Counted from the first letter of the stretch, positions 20,085-31,265 are shown. The stretch is 64,000 nucleotides of DNA from an uncultured Pseudomonadota bacterium (GCA_963836235.1 CAWIIP010000004.1:736001-800000); one strand, 5' to 3'. Numbers and translations: made by a program. Notes: generated by a model from the letters alone, not told the origin.

Positions 20085-23000
20085 GTGTTTTTGAAAATCC
20101 AATCAATTTTTTTCAAACGATATGAGCTCAAAAGTGGTGTTTTAGTCAGCTCCATTTGCCTTGGGGTTGTTTTTTTATTTCTTTTTCATTCGGCGGCTTA
20201 TTCCCAATGTGCCTACGGCGCGGGTGGGTGTACTTTTACCCAAACGGCTAACAACGATACTTGTCCAGGAACATCTCCAAGTCCAAATTATAATTCTATC
20301 AACCAGTTTTATGCCTATGGAGGATCGGGCGTGTCGGTCCTTTACTGCGGGGGGATAAATACGAACCCCAATACCAGTACAACTAGCACTACCATCAGTC
20401 TGGCGGGCTGTACTTTTCCCTCTGGTGCAGTGATTCAGGCGGCTTATCTGGAAATTGTAGAAAATGCCAGCAGCAATACTTATAGTACCGCCCCTGTTTC
20501 GGTTGCGGGGGTTGTTACTGGAGCTGGAGTCCTAGTAGGGCAAAGTAATTTCTCCAATGCTTGGGTTGACCCCAGGTTCGGATTGGATGGCGGCTGGTAT
20601 TTTACCCAGTTTTACTCCAATATTCGTTACAACGTCACTGGCTTAGTTTCAACAGCTTCTACGTCTTATACGATCAACTATTCAACTATTACAGGCGTTA
20701 CTCCTTATAGCGAGTCCCTAGTCGTGGTCTACACGGTTCCCGCACCGGGTATTTGCGGGGCTGTCGCTTTGGGCGACGGGCTTTTCGCTTGGGACCAAGG
20801 CGATAATTACAACGCAACTGGAAATGCCAACTATTTGGATTATGGAGTCACTCCTTTTGCTTCCACGTTAAATATGAGTTGTGTTCAGGGTCAAACCTGT
20901 GGCAACAACCAATTTTCTGATTTCGGTGGTGTTCAGGACCCCGTGAATGTCTCCGGCGACTACACTGATCAATTTTTCGGGGTGAGCAATCCCACTTCGC
21001 TTACCGCTCCCGCGTTTTCTTCCGCACCGGGAGTATTTAACGCGACTTGGGGTGGAGGGGGAGAGTGGGCCTTCATGGACTCTTACTCGAACGTTCCCAA
21101 TTCGGGCCCTGGACAAATTACGTGGGCTTTGGGAGATGGAAACTTACAGAGCACCAAAGATGCCTGGTGGGCGAATCTTTTGGCGGCGTCCTCCAATTGC
21201 ACATGCATTACACCCACTCCAACTCCAACGCCTACTAATACGCCTAGTCCAACGGTGATGAATACCGCTACCAAAACTCCGACGAATACGCCGACACTTA
21301 CACCAACCCATACTCCCACTCCAACGCCCACGAATACGCCTACCCCGACGCCGACTCTTACTCCGACAAATACTTTAACCAACACAGCTACTCCAACACC
21401 TACCAATACGCCTACCCTCACTCGGACCAACACACCCACGAATACAGCGACATTGACCCCAACCAATACAACCACAAACACAAAGACTAATACGCCGACC
21501 CCAACACCGACGAATACACCTACTCTTACTCTCTCCAACACAGCGACTCTAACTCCAACTAATACCACCACACTCACTCGAACGAATACTCCGACCAATA
21601 CGCCGACTTTGACTCCCACGAATACTCCGACAAATACCCCTACGCCTACCACCACGAACACTCCCACCAATACAGCCACAAACACACCCACATTGACGCA
21701 TACTCCTACACCGACGAATACTCCGACGAATACACTGGCCAATACAGCGACCAATACAGCCACAAATACAACCACGAATACGACTACGAATACCGCAACG
21801 CTCACTCAGACAAACACTCCGACCAATACGCCAACTTTGACTCGGACTAATACTCCTACAAATACCACTACTCCAACACCGACTAATACCCCCACGAATA
21901 CGCCTACCAATACGCCTACTCCAACGTTCACAAATACTCCTACAAACACCCCGACGAATACCCCTACCAATACGTCGACACCTACGCCCACTAATACAAC
22001 CACGAACACACCCACCCGGACCCCGACACCGACTCCGTCAAATACACCCACCAATACACTGGCCAATACCGCGACTAACACAGCCACCAACACAGCCACG
22101 AATACACCCACCAATACCGCTACGAATACCCGGACTAACACTCCCACGAATACCCCGACACCCACTACTACAAACACGCCCACAAACACACCTACGAATA
22201 CGGCTACTCCGACGCCGACTAAAACTCTTACCAATACCCCTACGCTGACGCCGACGAATACGCTGGCAAATAGCGCGACGAATACCCCGACCAATACCCC
22301 GACCAGTACACCCACCAATACCGCTACTCCAACCTCCACAAGCACACCCACCAACACCAAGACCAATACACCGACAAGTACTCCGACACTTACGGCCACC
22401 AACACTCCGACGAATACTTCCACGAATAGTCCAACCAATACCCCTACGCTGACGCCGACGAATACGCTGGCAAATAGCGCGACGAATACCCCGACCAATA
22501 CCCCGACCAGTACACCCACCAATACCGCTACTCCAACCTCCACAAGCACACCCACCAACACCAAGACCAATACACCGACAAGTACTCCGACACTTACGGC
22601 CACCAACACTCCGACGAATACTTCCACGAATAGTCCAACCAATACCCCTACGCTGACGCCGACGAATACGCTGGCGAATACCGCGACGAATACTCCGACT
22701 AACACCTCAACCAGTACACCCACCAATACCGCTACTCCGACCTCCACGACCAGTCCTACAAATACTCCTACACTGACGCCTACCAATACGCTGGCGAATA
22801 CCGCAACCAATACGCCCACCAACACCGAAACTTCGACTTTTACTAATACTCCTACGAATACAGTCACGGCGACTGCCACGAATACCGCTACCAATAGCGC
22901 GACCCACACCCCGACTAGTACCTTTACTTCCACCGTGACGTCCACGGCAACATCCACTCCCACGAATAGTCATACGTCCACGCCTACCTTCAGCCCCACG

Positions 23001-24347
23001 AACAGCGCTACTTCCACACTGACCGCGACCTTTACTTCCACCCCCACGCCGCCGGCGGAAGTGACCCTGAATAAAACCGTTTCATCTACTTCGGTGCAGG
23101 ATGGAGGTGCCTTGACCTATAGCCTGAACCTTATGGTTACTGGGAGTAGCACTTCAGGGGTGGTAGTGACGGACACTCTTCCAGCCAATGTGGCCTACGT
23201 GGGTCCTGGGGCCAATAACCCCTCCAGCCTACCGACACCGGTGTATAACCCGACGCTGGATAATTTGACCTGGGTTCTACCGGTGTTGGCTCCCGGAAAC
23301 TATGAACTTTCCTATAAGACACAGGTGAACAACACCGTGGCGGCGGGGACGATATTGACGAACCGGGCGGTGATGACACAGCCGGGTTCAGAGCCGGTTA
23401 CCAGCGCGGTGCCGGTGACGGTTTACGGGTCTTATACGGTGAAGATAGGGGTGTACAACGAGGCCGGGGAACTGATCGATACCATCTTGACGGAACAATT
23501 ATCCGCGCCTATTCAGAATATCGTGCTTGCGTCCAGCAACGCGATTACGAGCCTGAACGGGCCTAATAACGCGGTGACGATTTATTCTGGAGGAATGCCG
23601 ATTGGAGTCTGGAACGGGTTGACATCAGGAGGGACCCCGGCCAGTAACGGTATCTACTACGTGAAAGTGGACAATCTCAGCCCAACAGGAGCGGAGATCA
23701 GTACGACCCAACAGGTGACGGTGAGCCGGACGCTTTATACGTCGACAATCTTGATTTACAACGAGGCGGGGGAAGTGGTGAAGCACCTTTATGCCTATAC
23801 GGACGACCCGGGTCCGGCGGGGGTGGGATCGGTACAGTTGTCGGCGACAGTGATTCAGCCGGGATCCCCAGGTCCCGGGACACCCAGCCAGCTGACGATC
23901 AGTTTGAGCAATGGGACGACAGTGGTGTGGGATGGGACGAGCGACAGTGGTAGCTATGTTCAGAGCGGGCAGTACCTAGTGGAAGTCCACACGACGAATG
24001 GGACGGGTGGGGAGGAGACGGTGGTGAAAACGGTGATGGTGAATGACCGTAACACTACGATGGGCGCTGGAACAGTGACAGCTGGACCAAATGTGTTGAA
24101 AGCTTCAAATGGAATATTGACGACGACATTCCGAACAGACTCGTCCCAGAGCCTGACATTGGAAGTGTCGATATACACGGTAGCGGGTGAATTGGTGACG
24201 AAGGTTGTGGGACAAGCGGGAACCGACCAAGCCACTTGGAACGCCTCAGGTATCGCCAGCGGCCTTTATCTCGCGGTGGTGGATTTGACCAATCCCAACG
24301 GAAACTCACTCGGTAGGCAAATAATAAAAGTTCTAATGGTCAAATAA
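20085..24347 (+). CDS. Large secreted Thr/Pro-stalk surface protein B with a different (DUF3344-like) head and the same C-terminal modules as protein A
   Basis: Signal peptide ending AYS|QC, head motifs [28 protein letters not shown] stalk, C-terminal ~600 aa nearly identical to 13219-17370. Confidence 0.8.
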   Translation: MFLKIQSIFFKRYELKSGVLVSSICLGVVFLFLFHSAAYSQCAYGAGGCTFTQTANNDTCPGTSPSPNYNSINQFYAYGGSGVSVLYCGGINTNPNTSTTSTTISLAGCTFPSGAVIQAAYLEIVENASSNTYSTAPVSVAGVVTGAGVLVGQSNFSNAWVDPRFGLDGGWYFTQFYSNIRYNVTGLVSTASTSYTINYSTITGVTPYSESLVVVYTVPAPGICGAVALGDGLFAWDQGDNYNATGNANYLDYGVTPFASTLNMSCVQGQTCGNNQFSDFGGVQDPVNVSGDYTDQFFGVSNPTSLTAPAFSSAPGVFNATWGGGGEWAFMDSYSNVPNSGPGQITWALGDGNLQSTKDAWWANLLAASSNCTCITPTPTPTPTNTPSPTVMNTATKTPTNTPTLTPTHTPTPTPTNTPTPTPTLTPTNTLTNTATPTPTNTPTLTRTNTPTNTATLTPTNTTTNTKTNTPTPTPTNTPTLTLSNTATLTPTNTTTLTRTNTPTNTPTLTPTNTPTNTPTPTTTNTPTNTATNTPTLTHTPTPTNTPTNTLANTATNTATNTTTNTTTNTATLTQTNTPTNTPTLTRTNTPTNTTTPTPTNTPTNTPTNTPTPTFTNTPTNTPTNTPTNTSTPTPTNTTTNTPTRTPTPTPSNTPTNTLANTATNTATNTATNTPTNTATNTRTNTPTNTPTPTTTNTPTNTPTNTATPTPTKTLTNTPTLTPTNTLANSATNTPTNTPTSTPTNTATPTSTSTPTNTKTNTPTSTPTLTATNTPTNTSTNSPTNTPTLTPTNTLANSATNTPTNTPTSTPTNTATPTSTSTPTNTKTNTPTSTPTLTATNTPTNTSTNSPTNTPTLTPTNTLANTATNTPTNTSTSTPTNTATPTSTTSPTNTPTLTPTNTLANTATNTPTNTETSTFTNTPTNTVTATATNTATNSATHTPTSTFTSTVTSTATSTPTNSHTSTPTFSPTNSATSTLTATFTSTPTPPAEVTLNKTVSSTSVQDGGALTYSLNLMVTGSSTSGVVVTDTLPANVAYVGPGANNPSSLPTPVYNPTLDNLTWVLPVLAPGNYELSYKTQVNNTVAAGTILTNRAVMTQPGSEPVTSAVPVTVYGSYTVKIGVYNEAGELIDTILTEQLSAPIQNIVLASSNAITSLNGPNNAVTIYSGGMPIGVWNGLTSGGTPASNGIYYVKVDNLSPTGAEISTTQQVTVSRTLYTSTILIYNEAGEVVKHLYAYTDDPGPAGVGSVQLSATVIQPGSPGPGTPSQLTISLSNGTTVVWDGTSDSGSYVQSGQYLVEVHTTNGTGGEETVVKTVMVNDRNTTMGAGTVTAGPNVLKASNGILTTTFRTDSSQSLTLEVSIYTVAGELVTKVVGQAGTDQATWNASGIASGLYLAVVDLTNPNGNSLGRQIIKVLMVK
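21210..23052 (+). repeat. Low-complexity coding repeat encoding a (TPTN)n stalk of ~610 aa
   Basis: Degenerate Thr/Pro/Asn codon repeats. Confidence 0.9.
22230..22675 (+). repeat. 204-bp tandem duplication (two units plus a partial third) in stalk B
   Basis: ACCAATACCCCTACGCTGACGCCGACGAATACGCTGGC recurs at 22230, 22434 and 22638. Confidence 0.85.
22515..24229 (+). repeat. Direct repeat copy 2 (~1715 bp)
   Basis: Matches 15538-17252 at +6977. Confidence 0.85.
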
Positions 24348-24545
24348 AATTATCTCAAACATCGCGCTGTGTTTTTCCAAAAGTCCTTAATTTCCAAAGG
24401 TTTTGGAGATGCTTCGCTCCATTTGCGACCTTGGGATTTTTAAAATCCAACAATGAGTTCCTCTTTACGGTAAGGCACCCCGATCTGGTATATTCGTCTG
24501 ATCCAAAAACTGGCATGGTTTACGGTCGGGAATCCCAAGCCCATC

Positions 24546-27500
24546 ATGATTAAATTTTTAAAATCTCTTACCCCCAAAACAAGGATATTGTTGGCCTTTA
24601 TCCTCGGCGGAATCGTCATTTTGTTTTTTGGCATTACTTTGGTTGGGTTTTTGTCCGCCCGCCGGAGCATGGAGAAAGTCAATCAATACGATGTCGCCAT
24701 CGGCCTGGCCCGCCAAACCGACGCCGACTTTCAATTGTCCATTTCGAAGGGTAAAAATTTCGCCATTTTGAAGGACGAGACGAATAGAGCTCTTGCCTTA
24801 GAGTATTTTAAGAAAGCGCAGGATACTTTCGTCCAGTTATCCAAGGCGGAAGGAGATCCGGTAGGAAAGAATCTTCTTTTCCGCATAGGGGCGGGTCTCC
24901 ATAATGTGGAGTTTTCCCTTGGGATACTCATTTCAACGGCAAAAAAATCCGATTCAGCAGAGAAACTTTATTCCAAATATCTAAAAGACATCACCATTGA
25001 TTTTGATAACGCGAGCCAAGCCTATGTGGATTACTTAGAAGAAAAAATCCATTCCGCGCAATCGGACTCGATTTCTGAAACTCAAAGCGATCTCTTCTTC
25101 GCCTTTGCGGGCGCCCTCCTGGCTTTGGTGGGAATGGGAATCAGTTATTCTATCGCCAATAGTCTGAACCAGGCCCTCCAAAACGAAACGAGCCTAGAGG
25201 AAAGGTATCGGGTACTCACAGAAATAACTGAAGAAAGCATCATGATCCATGACCAAGGGATCGTTGTGGACGTGAATCCTGCGTTGGCCCGGCTTCTTGG
25301 TTACGAAATACCTGAAATTATTGGACGACATATTTCGGAGTTTTCCGATTCTTCTTCCGCGAGAATGACGGAAGAATACCTAAAAAGAGGTTATCCGAAG
25401 GGGAGCTATGAAATTACGGGGATCCGCAAGAATGGGACTGCGTTTCCACTTTTGGTTCACGGCCATGACCTAGTTTATAAGGGGCGAAAATTAAGAGCCT
25501 CCAGCGGTTGGGACCTGACGGAATGGAAAAAAGCTGAAAAGGCCATTCTTGAAAACCAGGAAAGGTTTAAACGTTTTGCCGAGGTAACCAAAGAGGGTAT
25601 TCTTATCCATGAAAACGGAATTGTCATCGATATCAATCAGGCGTTGCTGGACATGGTGGGGCTGACCTTCGCCGATCTCGTTGGAACGGACGGTACTTCG
25701 GTCCTGTCGGTTAAATCGGCGGAACAAATACGAAAGTTTCGAAAGGAAGGCTATCCGAACGATCCCTATGAAATTGTCCTTCGGCACAAAGACGGAACTT
25801 TGTTTCCGGCAGAAGTCCACGGCCGAAATTTCAGTTTTGAGGGGAAAAGGCTTCGGGTGGCCAGCTTCTGGAATATAACGGAAAGGAAAAAGGCTGAGAA
25901 GGCCCTTTTTGAAAGCGAAAACCGGTTCAAGAGATTCGCTGAGATCAGTAAAGAAGGGATTTTTATCAATGAGGAAGAAAAGATCATTGATTTGAATAGT
26001 ACCTTGGCCCACATGCTTGGCTACGAGTTGAAGGAAATTATTGGAACGGAAGCCATCGGTTACGTCACCCCGGAAACGACCCATATTGCCCGAACGAAGT
26101 TAAAAGAAAAGAGCGATGAGCCTTATGAAATTGAATTGCGGCGCAAAAACGGAACTGTTTTTCCAGCCGAAATTCACGACCGCAATTATTCCTTGGGAGG
26201 GAAATCCATCCGGGTAACCAGTGTTTGGAATGTTACCGAACGAAAGGCCGCCGAGGAAGCCCTTCGTGAAAGTAAGGATCGATTTCAACGGCTCGCTGAA
26301 GTGACTCAGGAAGGCATTATGATACATGACCGGGGTACCGTTGTGGACGTGAACCCGGCATTGGCTTCCATGCTGGGTTACCCGATTTCGGAAATGTTGG
26401 GAAAGGAAAAATTCAGTTTTCTTGCCTCAGAGTCGATAGAAATCGTTCGTAAACACGTGGAGGACAACTATCGCCAACCTTACGAAATCACTGCCCAACG
26501 TAAAGACGGATCCACTTTTCCAGCTGAAATCATTGGACAAAATTTCAGGCATAACGGAAAAGAGTTGAGAGTAGCCAGCATTTGGGATATTACCGAACGC
26601 AAGAAAGCTGAGGAAGCTTTACGACAATCCGAATCGAAGTTTCGGGGCTTGATCGAAAATTCTTATGATTTGATAACCCTTCTAGATCCACAAGGTCGAC
26701 GTCTATATGAGAGCCCTTCAATGGAACGAATATTGGGATACAAACCCGGGGAGCGAAAAGGAGTTACTTTCGATACTCAGCCCCCTGAGGATCAAGAAAA
26801 GGCTCGGAAAGTTTTCGCTGAAGTACTAGCCAATCCCGGTGTGCCTTATAAGGTTGAATTAAGGGCCCGGCATAAAGATGGACATCTGATTAATGCGGAA
26901 ATGGTTCTCACCAATCTTTTGAATGATCCTGCGGTAGGGGGGATTGTCGTCAATGGTCGGGACGTGACCGCTAAAGTCAAGGCGGAGGAAGCCTTGCGAA
27001 AATCCGAGGAACATTTCCGCAGTCTAATCGAGAAGTCCCACGATGTTATTTCCTTGCTACAACCAGACGGAGTGACACATTACGTCAGCCCCTCCATAAA
27101 AGAAGCACTCGGTTATGATCCTAGCGAAAGGATTGGACGTCCTTTCCATGAAATTGTACATCCTGAGGATCTGGAGGGAATTCAGAGTTTTTTAAAATAT
27201 TTATCCAGAAACCCGAATATTACCGTTACATCGGAGGCCCGTGTACGGCATAAGGATGGGCGTTGGCGGCACGTGGAGGGGAGCGCAACGAATCTTCTAG
27301 ATAATCCGGACATCGGGGCAATTGTCCTGAACTACCGAGATATCACCGAAAAAGTCGAAGCTGAGAAGGAACGACGCCAGTCGGAGGAGAATTTCAGGAA
27401 CCTAATCGAAAAAGCCCCCGACGCTGTCTTGGTCAGCCAAGGTGAAAAAATCGTCTATGTCAATCCGAAGATCCTGTATTTGCTGGGATATGACGATAAA

Positions 27501-28811
27501 GAAGAACTGTTAGGAAGGTCTGGAATTACCATTGTCCATCCGGAAGACCAAAAGGCTGTCGGCCAGAGGATAGAGGCCCTTATTCGGGGCGGGAGAACTT
27601 ATCCGACCGAAATCCGGTTAGTTCGGAGGGACGGGGTGGAAATGCACGTGGAAGCATCCTCAATCGGAATCCAATTCGAGGGGAAATCCGCCATTATGGT
27701 CATCTTCCGTGATCTCACGAGCCGGAAACAAGCGGAGGCCATCGCCCGCGAAAATCAAGAACGTTACCGAAGTTTGGTGGAATCCATGCCGGACGCTGTC
27801 ATGGTACATGACGAGGAAAATATCCTTTTCGTGAATCCGGCGGCTTTGAAGATGTTTGGCGCTGGCAATGAAGATGAACTCTTGGGGAAATCCTTTTGGA
27901 TTATTGTTCCCCCTGAATTTCAGGAAACTGTTCGGACCCGTTTAAAAGCCACCATTGAGAGAGGTTCTTTTAATGAACCTGCCGAACGAAAACTTAGGCG
28001 GTTGGACCAAAGTGTTATCGATGTTCTCGTCACGAGTGGACCCTTCTCGGATAGGGGCAGGAGGGTGGTATTGGCGATATTTTCCGATATCACGGCCCGA
28101 AAGGAAGCTGAGCGCAAAGCCCACCGTTACCAGCGCCTAGCGGCCCTTGGGGAATTGGCGGCGGGAATGGCCCACGAAATCCGGAATCCCACTGCGGCCA
28201 TCTCGGCCCAGGCCCAATATCTTCTTAAAAAAACTGAAGACGGAAGCACTTCCCTCGAACAACTAAAGGATATTATCCAGCAATGCGATCGGTTGGATAC
28301 TTTGGTCCATGACACCTTGGACTATTCGCCTGAAAGAAAATTCGAGGAGAGAACCGAGATTCCGGCCAAAGACCTCCTTCAAAAGGCTTTATGGCTGGCC
28401 CAAACCCAATTCGGGCCCAGTCACGCCAGGGTCCAAGTGGAACTGGATCTGCCCCCCAACTTACCGACTTTAAAAGTCCATCCAACACGCATGGAGCGTG
28501 TTTTGGTGAATTTGATCCTGAACGCCTTTCAGGCCATGCCGAACGGTGGGAAACTGTTGTTGCGGGCGGATGACCGCGAGAAACATATGATTTTACGAGT
28601 TGAAGACAATGGCAAGGGCATCACGGACGCGGAAATGGCACGGCTCTTTGAACCTTTCTTCACTTCCCGTAAAATGGGATCGGGTCTGGGACTTGCCATA
28701 TGCCAAAAAATAGTCGAGGAGCATCAAGGACAGATCCGGGTTGAACGAGTGGAACCCCATGGCGCCGCTTTTATCGTGGATTTGCCCTTACCAAAGGAAA
28801 ACCGGTTATGA
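24546..28811 (+). CDS. Membrane sensor histidine kinase with a periplasmic helical domain and 8 PAS domains
   Basis: Two TM segments, eight PAS units (ExRF/YRxL ... DITERK), H-box GMAHEIRNP, NLILNA, DNGKG, GSGLGLAIC. Confidence 0.92.
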   Translation: MIKFLKSLTPKTRILLAFILGGIVILFFGITLVGFLSARRSMEKVNQYDVAIGLARQTDADFQLSISKGKNFAILKDETNRALALEYFKKAQDTFVQLSKAEGDPVGKNLLFRIGAGLHNVEFSLGILISTAKKSDSAEKLYSKYLKDITIDFDNASQAYVDYLEEKIHSAQSDSISETQSDLFFAFAGALLALVGMGISYSIANSLNQALQNETSLEERYRVLTEITEESIMIHDQGIVVDVNPALARLLGYEIPEIIGRHISEFSDSSSARMTEEYLKRGYPKGSYEITGIRKNGTAFPLLVHGHDLVYKGRKLRASSGWDLTEWKKAEKAILENQERFKRFAEVTKEGILIHENGIVIDINQALLDMVGLTFADLVGTDGTSVLSVKSAEQIRKFRKEGYPNDPYEIVLRHKDGTLFPAEVHGRNFSFEGKRLRVASFWNITERKKAEKALFESENRFKRFAEISKEGIFINEEEKIIDLNSTLAHMLGYELKEIIGTEAIGYVTPETTHIARTKLKEKSDEPYEIELRRKNGTVFPAEIHDRNYSLGGKSIRVTSVWNVTERKAAEEALRESKDRFQRLAEVTQEGIMIHDRGTVVDVNPALASMLGYPISEMLGKEKFSFLASESIEIVRKHVEDNYRQPYEITAQRKDGSTFPAEIIGQNFRHNGKELRVASIWDITERKKAEEALRQSESKFRGLIENSYDLITLLDPQGRRLYESPSMERILGYKPGERKGVTFDTQPPEDQEKARKVFAEVLANPGVPYKVELRARHKDGHLINAEMVLTNLLNDPAVGGIVVNGRDVTAKVKAEEALRKSEEHFRSLIEKSHDVISLLQPDGVTHYVSPSIKEALGYDPSERIGRPFHEIVHPEDLEGIQSFLKYLSRNPNITVTSEARVRHKDGRWRHVEGSATNLLDNPDIGAIVLNYRDITEKVEAEKERRQSEENFRNLIEKAPDAVLVSQGEKIVYVNPKILYLLGYDDKEELLGRSGITIVHPEDQKAVGQRIEALIRGGRTYPTEIRLVRRDGVEMHVEASSIGIQFEGKSAIMVIFRDLTSRKQAEAIARENQERYRSLVESMPDAVMVHDEENILFVNPAALKMFGAGNEDELLGKSFWIIVPPEFQETVRTRLKATIERGSFNEPAERKLRRLDQSVIDVLVTSGPFSDRGRRVVLAIFSDITARKEAERKAHRYQRLAALGELAAGMAHEIRNPTAAISAQAQYLLKKTEDGSTSLEQLKDIIQQCDRLDTLVHDTLDYSPERKFEERTEIPAKDLLQKALWLAQTQFGPSHARVQVELDLPPNLPTLKVHPTRMERVLVNLILNAFQAMPNGGKLLLRADDREKHMILRVEDNGKGITDAEMARLFEPFFTSRKMGSGLGLAICQKIVEEHQGQIRVERVEPHGAAFIVDLPLPKENRL

Positions 28812-30154
28812 AAGTTTTGGTCATTGACGACGAAAAATCCCTCGCCAACACTCTTTCGGCTTTTCTGAAAGATCTTGGGTACAAAGTGGAAACTTCCTTC
28901 ACTGGCGTTGCGGGACAGGAAAAGGCGGCCATGTTTAAACCCGACATCGTCCTCATGGACGTCCACCTGCCCGATATCCTGGGTTTGGAAATTCTTGAGC
29001 AGATTAAGGCAAAAGCTCCTTTAACTACGGTCATTATGATGACCGGATCGGGCACGGTAAAACACGCCGTTGACGCCATGAGGAAAGGCGCGGAAGACTA
29101 TCTCACTAAACCTTTAAATTTGGATGAACTTCAACTGCTTCTGGAAAGGGTTGCCGCCACCTTGAAACTCCGGCAGGAAGTGGCCGACCTTAAAAACGCA
29201 CTTCGGGAAGGATATGCCAAGGATTATCTTTTCCTTTCTAGCCCGGCCATGGGAAAGGTCTATGGCCAAATTGAGAAGGTGGCCGCCCAAGAAAACGTCT
29301 CGGTGCTTATCCTGGGGGAAACAGGAACGGGTAAGGAGCACGTGGCTCGGTTGATCCATCTTTTTTCTCCCCGATCCGCAAAACCCTTTATTGAGCTTCA
29401 TTGCGGTGCTTTTCCAGAAACGCTTTTGGAGTCCGAGTTGTTCGGCTATGAAGCCGGGGCCTTTACCGACGCCAAGAAACAAAAAAAAGGGCTTTTTGAA
29501 ACCGCCCAAGGTGGGACGGTATTCCTGGATGAAGTTGGGGAAATGCCACTGACGATTCAAACAAAATTATTAAAAGTTTTGGAGCAAAAGACCCTTCGGC
29601 GGCTGGGTGGAACTCAAGAAATCAAGCTGGATGTCCGAATTATTTCCGCCACTAACCGGGAATTGGATAAGGAAGTAAAAGAAAGCCGATTTCGGGCCGA
29701 TCTTTACTATAGACTGAATGTTTTTCCTGTTTTCATTCCGCCTTTAAGGGAAAGGCAGGAAGATGTCAGAAGTTTGATTGAGTTTTTCTTCAAGGAGTCC
29801 TGCAAATCCTTCGCGAAAACCTTAGATCCGCTGACTCCCGACATTATTTCGGGTTTAGAAGCCTTTCCTTGGCCAGGAAACACGCGGGAATTGAAGAACG
29901 CCATCAACCGGATGGTCCTGAACGCCGAAGGAAAAAAGATCATCCTAGATGACATTCCGGTAGAATTTTTGCAAAGCCGTGTACCCTTTTCCCCGGCAGG
30001 AGATGGGGGAGACCTTTCCATGGCCGATGCCGAGAAACGCAGTATCCTTAAGGCCCTAGAACATACCAGCGGAAATCGATCCTTGGCCGCCCGAGAATTG
30101 GGGATTAGCCGAAATACCCTCCTCAATAAGATTAAGCGATATGGGTTGGAGTGA
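28808..30154 (+). CDS. NtrC-family sigma54-dependent response regulator (REC-AAA-Fis HTH)
   Basis: REC domain, GETGTGKE, ESELFGYEAGAFTDA, FLDEVGE, WPGNTRELKN, HTH AARELGISRNTL. ATGA overlap with the kinase. Confidence 0.95.
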   Translation: MKVLVIDDEKSLANTLSAFLKDLGYKVETSFTGVAGQEKAAMFKPDIVLMDVHLPDILGLEILEQIKAKAPLTTVIMMTGSGTVKHAVDAMRKGAEDYLTKPLNLDELQLLLERVAATLKLRQEVADLKNALREGYAKDYLFLSSPAMGKVYGQIEKVAAQENVSVLILGETGTGKEHVARLIHLFSPRSAKPFIELHCGAFPETLLESELFGYEAGAFTDAKKQKKGLFETAQGGTVFLDEVGEMPLTIQTKLLKVLEQKTLRRLGGTQEIKLDVRIISATNRELDKEVKESRFRADLYYRLNVFPVFIPPLRERQEDVRSLIEFFFKESCKSFAKTLDPLTPDIISGLEAFPWPGNTRELKNAINRMVLNAEGKKIILDDIPVEFLQSRVPFSPAGDGGDLSMADAEKRSILKALEHTSGNRSLAARELGISRNTLLNKIKRYGLE

Positions 30155-30257
30155 ATAAGACGGGTTGCGGTCCGTAGTAAAACCTTTCCATCGAAATGTC
30201 GGAAACTCCCTTTTGATTTCTTCGGGTTTCGCCTTCACCGAAATAATTTTATCTTTC

Positions 30258-30292
30258 ATTCCAAAAAATTGGCAATGCCCCCAATTTGAGCA
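30258..30292. promoter_or_regulatory. Putative enhancer (tandem UAS) for sigma54 promoter 1
   Basis: Reverse complement TGCTCAAATTGGGGGCATTGCCAATTTTTTGGAAT matches 31266-31300 at 23/35 positions. Confidence 0.6.
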
Positions 30293-30343
30293 GATTTTCT
30301 CATGGCGAGAAATGAATCCCTTCGATTTTTCCAACGCATTCAC

Positions 30344-30360
30344 TTGGCATCAGCCTTGCT
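30344..30360 (+). promoter_or_regulatory. sigma54 (-24/-12) promoter 1
   Basis: TTGGCATCAGCCTTGCT, exact GG-N10-GC spacing. Confidence 0.8.
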
Positions 30361-30621
30361 CTTACAAATCAAGCTTATTGAAATGCAGGAGGAACGGTGC
30401 TTTTCGCTCAAAAAGTAAAACTCGAAAGACCCAATCTGGAGTCGAAGTAACGGTCGTTGGGACACCGAAAGAGTGGAAAGAAACGCCGGGATTGGTTTGG
30501 TCGTTCTGACATTAGAGGATACAAACCAAACGGCATTATCCCCCCGTTTTGAAACACACCGAACACTGGATTGTCATCAGTGGCCGGAGTTTGCCCAAAT
30601 CTTAACTCGAAAGGGGTTGTC

Positions 30622-30909
30622 GTGAGTGAAGAAATAAAACCTGTTTCTTTAGACGCGTTGGGGAACAAATTGGAAAATCTCAAAAAACGGTTGAATCTTC
30701 CCAACGCCAGTCATTGGCGCCAAATGGGGAAATTGGCTCAGGATTTCACCCTTTGGCTTGAGCGGGCCCGTCCTTGGATGAACTGTGCGGCTCCCTTAAT
30801 CGCGCTTCGAGTGGAACAAATTGCTGGGGAATTGGGCCCTCAGGCGCCTCCCGAGGTGGTCTTGAAAAAATTTTCCGATCTTTTGGAAGAAGCAACCCGC
30901 CATCTTTAG
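30622..30909 (+). CDS. Small helical protein homologous to the N-terminal extension of CheA (possibly truncated by a nonsense codon)
   Basis: GTG start after AAGGGG. LGNKLENLKKRLNL..LAQDFTLWL..LEEATRHL aligns with the CheA N-terminus. Frame stays open to 31113 after the TAG. Confidence 0.6.
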   Translation: MSEEIKPVSLDALGNKLENLKKRLNLPNASHWRQMGKLAQDFTLWLERARPWMNCAAPLIALRVEQIAGELGPQAPPEVVLKKFSDLLEEATRHL

Positions 30910-31265
30910 AATCCGGGCCTTCCAATCCAAGTCATTGATTTGGAAACGGAACGAATTTCAAGGGCTTTAATCCTGGAGCAAGAAGAATCTTGTTCCTGGC
31001 CCTCTTCTTCTTGGAAAAGCGTTACGCTTCCCGTTGGTCTCGTGGAAATACCTGAAGTTCTACGGCCACATGGCAATGCTCCGATCCATTTCTGTTTTGT
31101 CATTCCCAACTAAAACATCAATAAAAATTAAACCGTCGGAGCACTTAAAGGTGCCAGGTAGCTCATAAGGACGAGCCTATGTGAGGTTTCTGTCTAATAA
31201 GTTTGTTTTTGATTTTTCCAGCTTTCATGTCTTGACGGGTTGAGTTTTTTTGCTTTGAAAGTTGG

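Noticed and set aside
14420-23052. Repeat tracts as a CRISPR array or diversity-generating retroelement TR/VR pair
   Set aside because: The repeats are in-frame coding. There are no constant repeats with unique spacers, no cas or reverse transcriptase genes, and the mismatches are not adenine-specific.
24510-24526. sigma54-like CTGGCATGG upstream of the kinase
   Set aside because: The -12 position reads GG rather than GC, and there is no TTGC element.
30165-30509. 114-aa ORF from the ORF track
   Set aside because: It overlaps the enhancer and sigma54 promoter, has a TTG start without a good RBS and has no protein-like motifs.
30455-30535. c-di-GMP-I riboswitch-like CGAAAGAGTGG
   Set aside because: The flanking GGCAAAC and GACGCAAAG elements and the P1 helix are missing.
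30907-30909. Genome-wide TAG recoding
   Set aside because: Other genes end normally at TAG (e.g. 7977, 47417, 57444), and long conserved genes are not interrupted by it.
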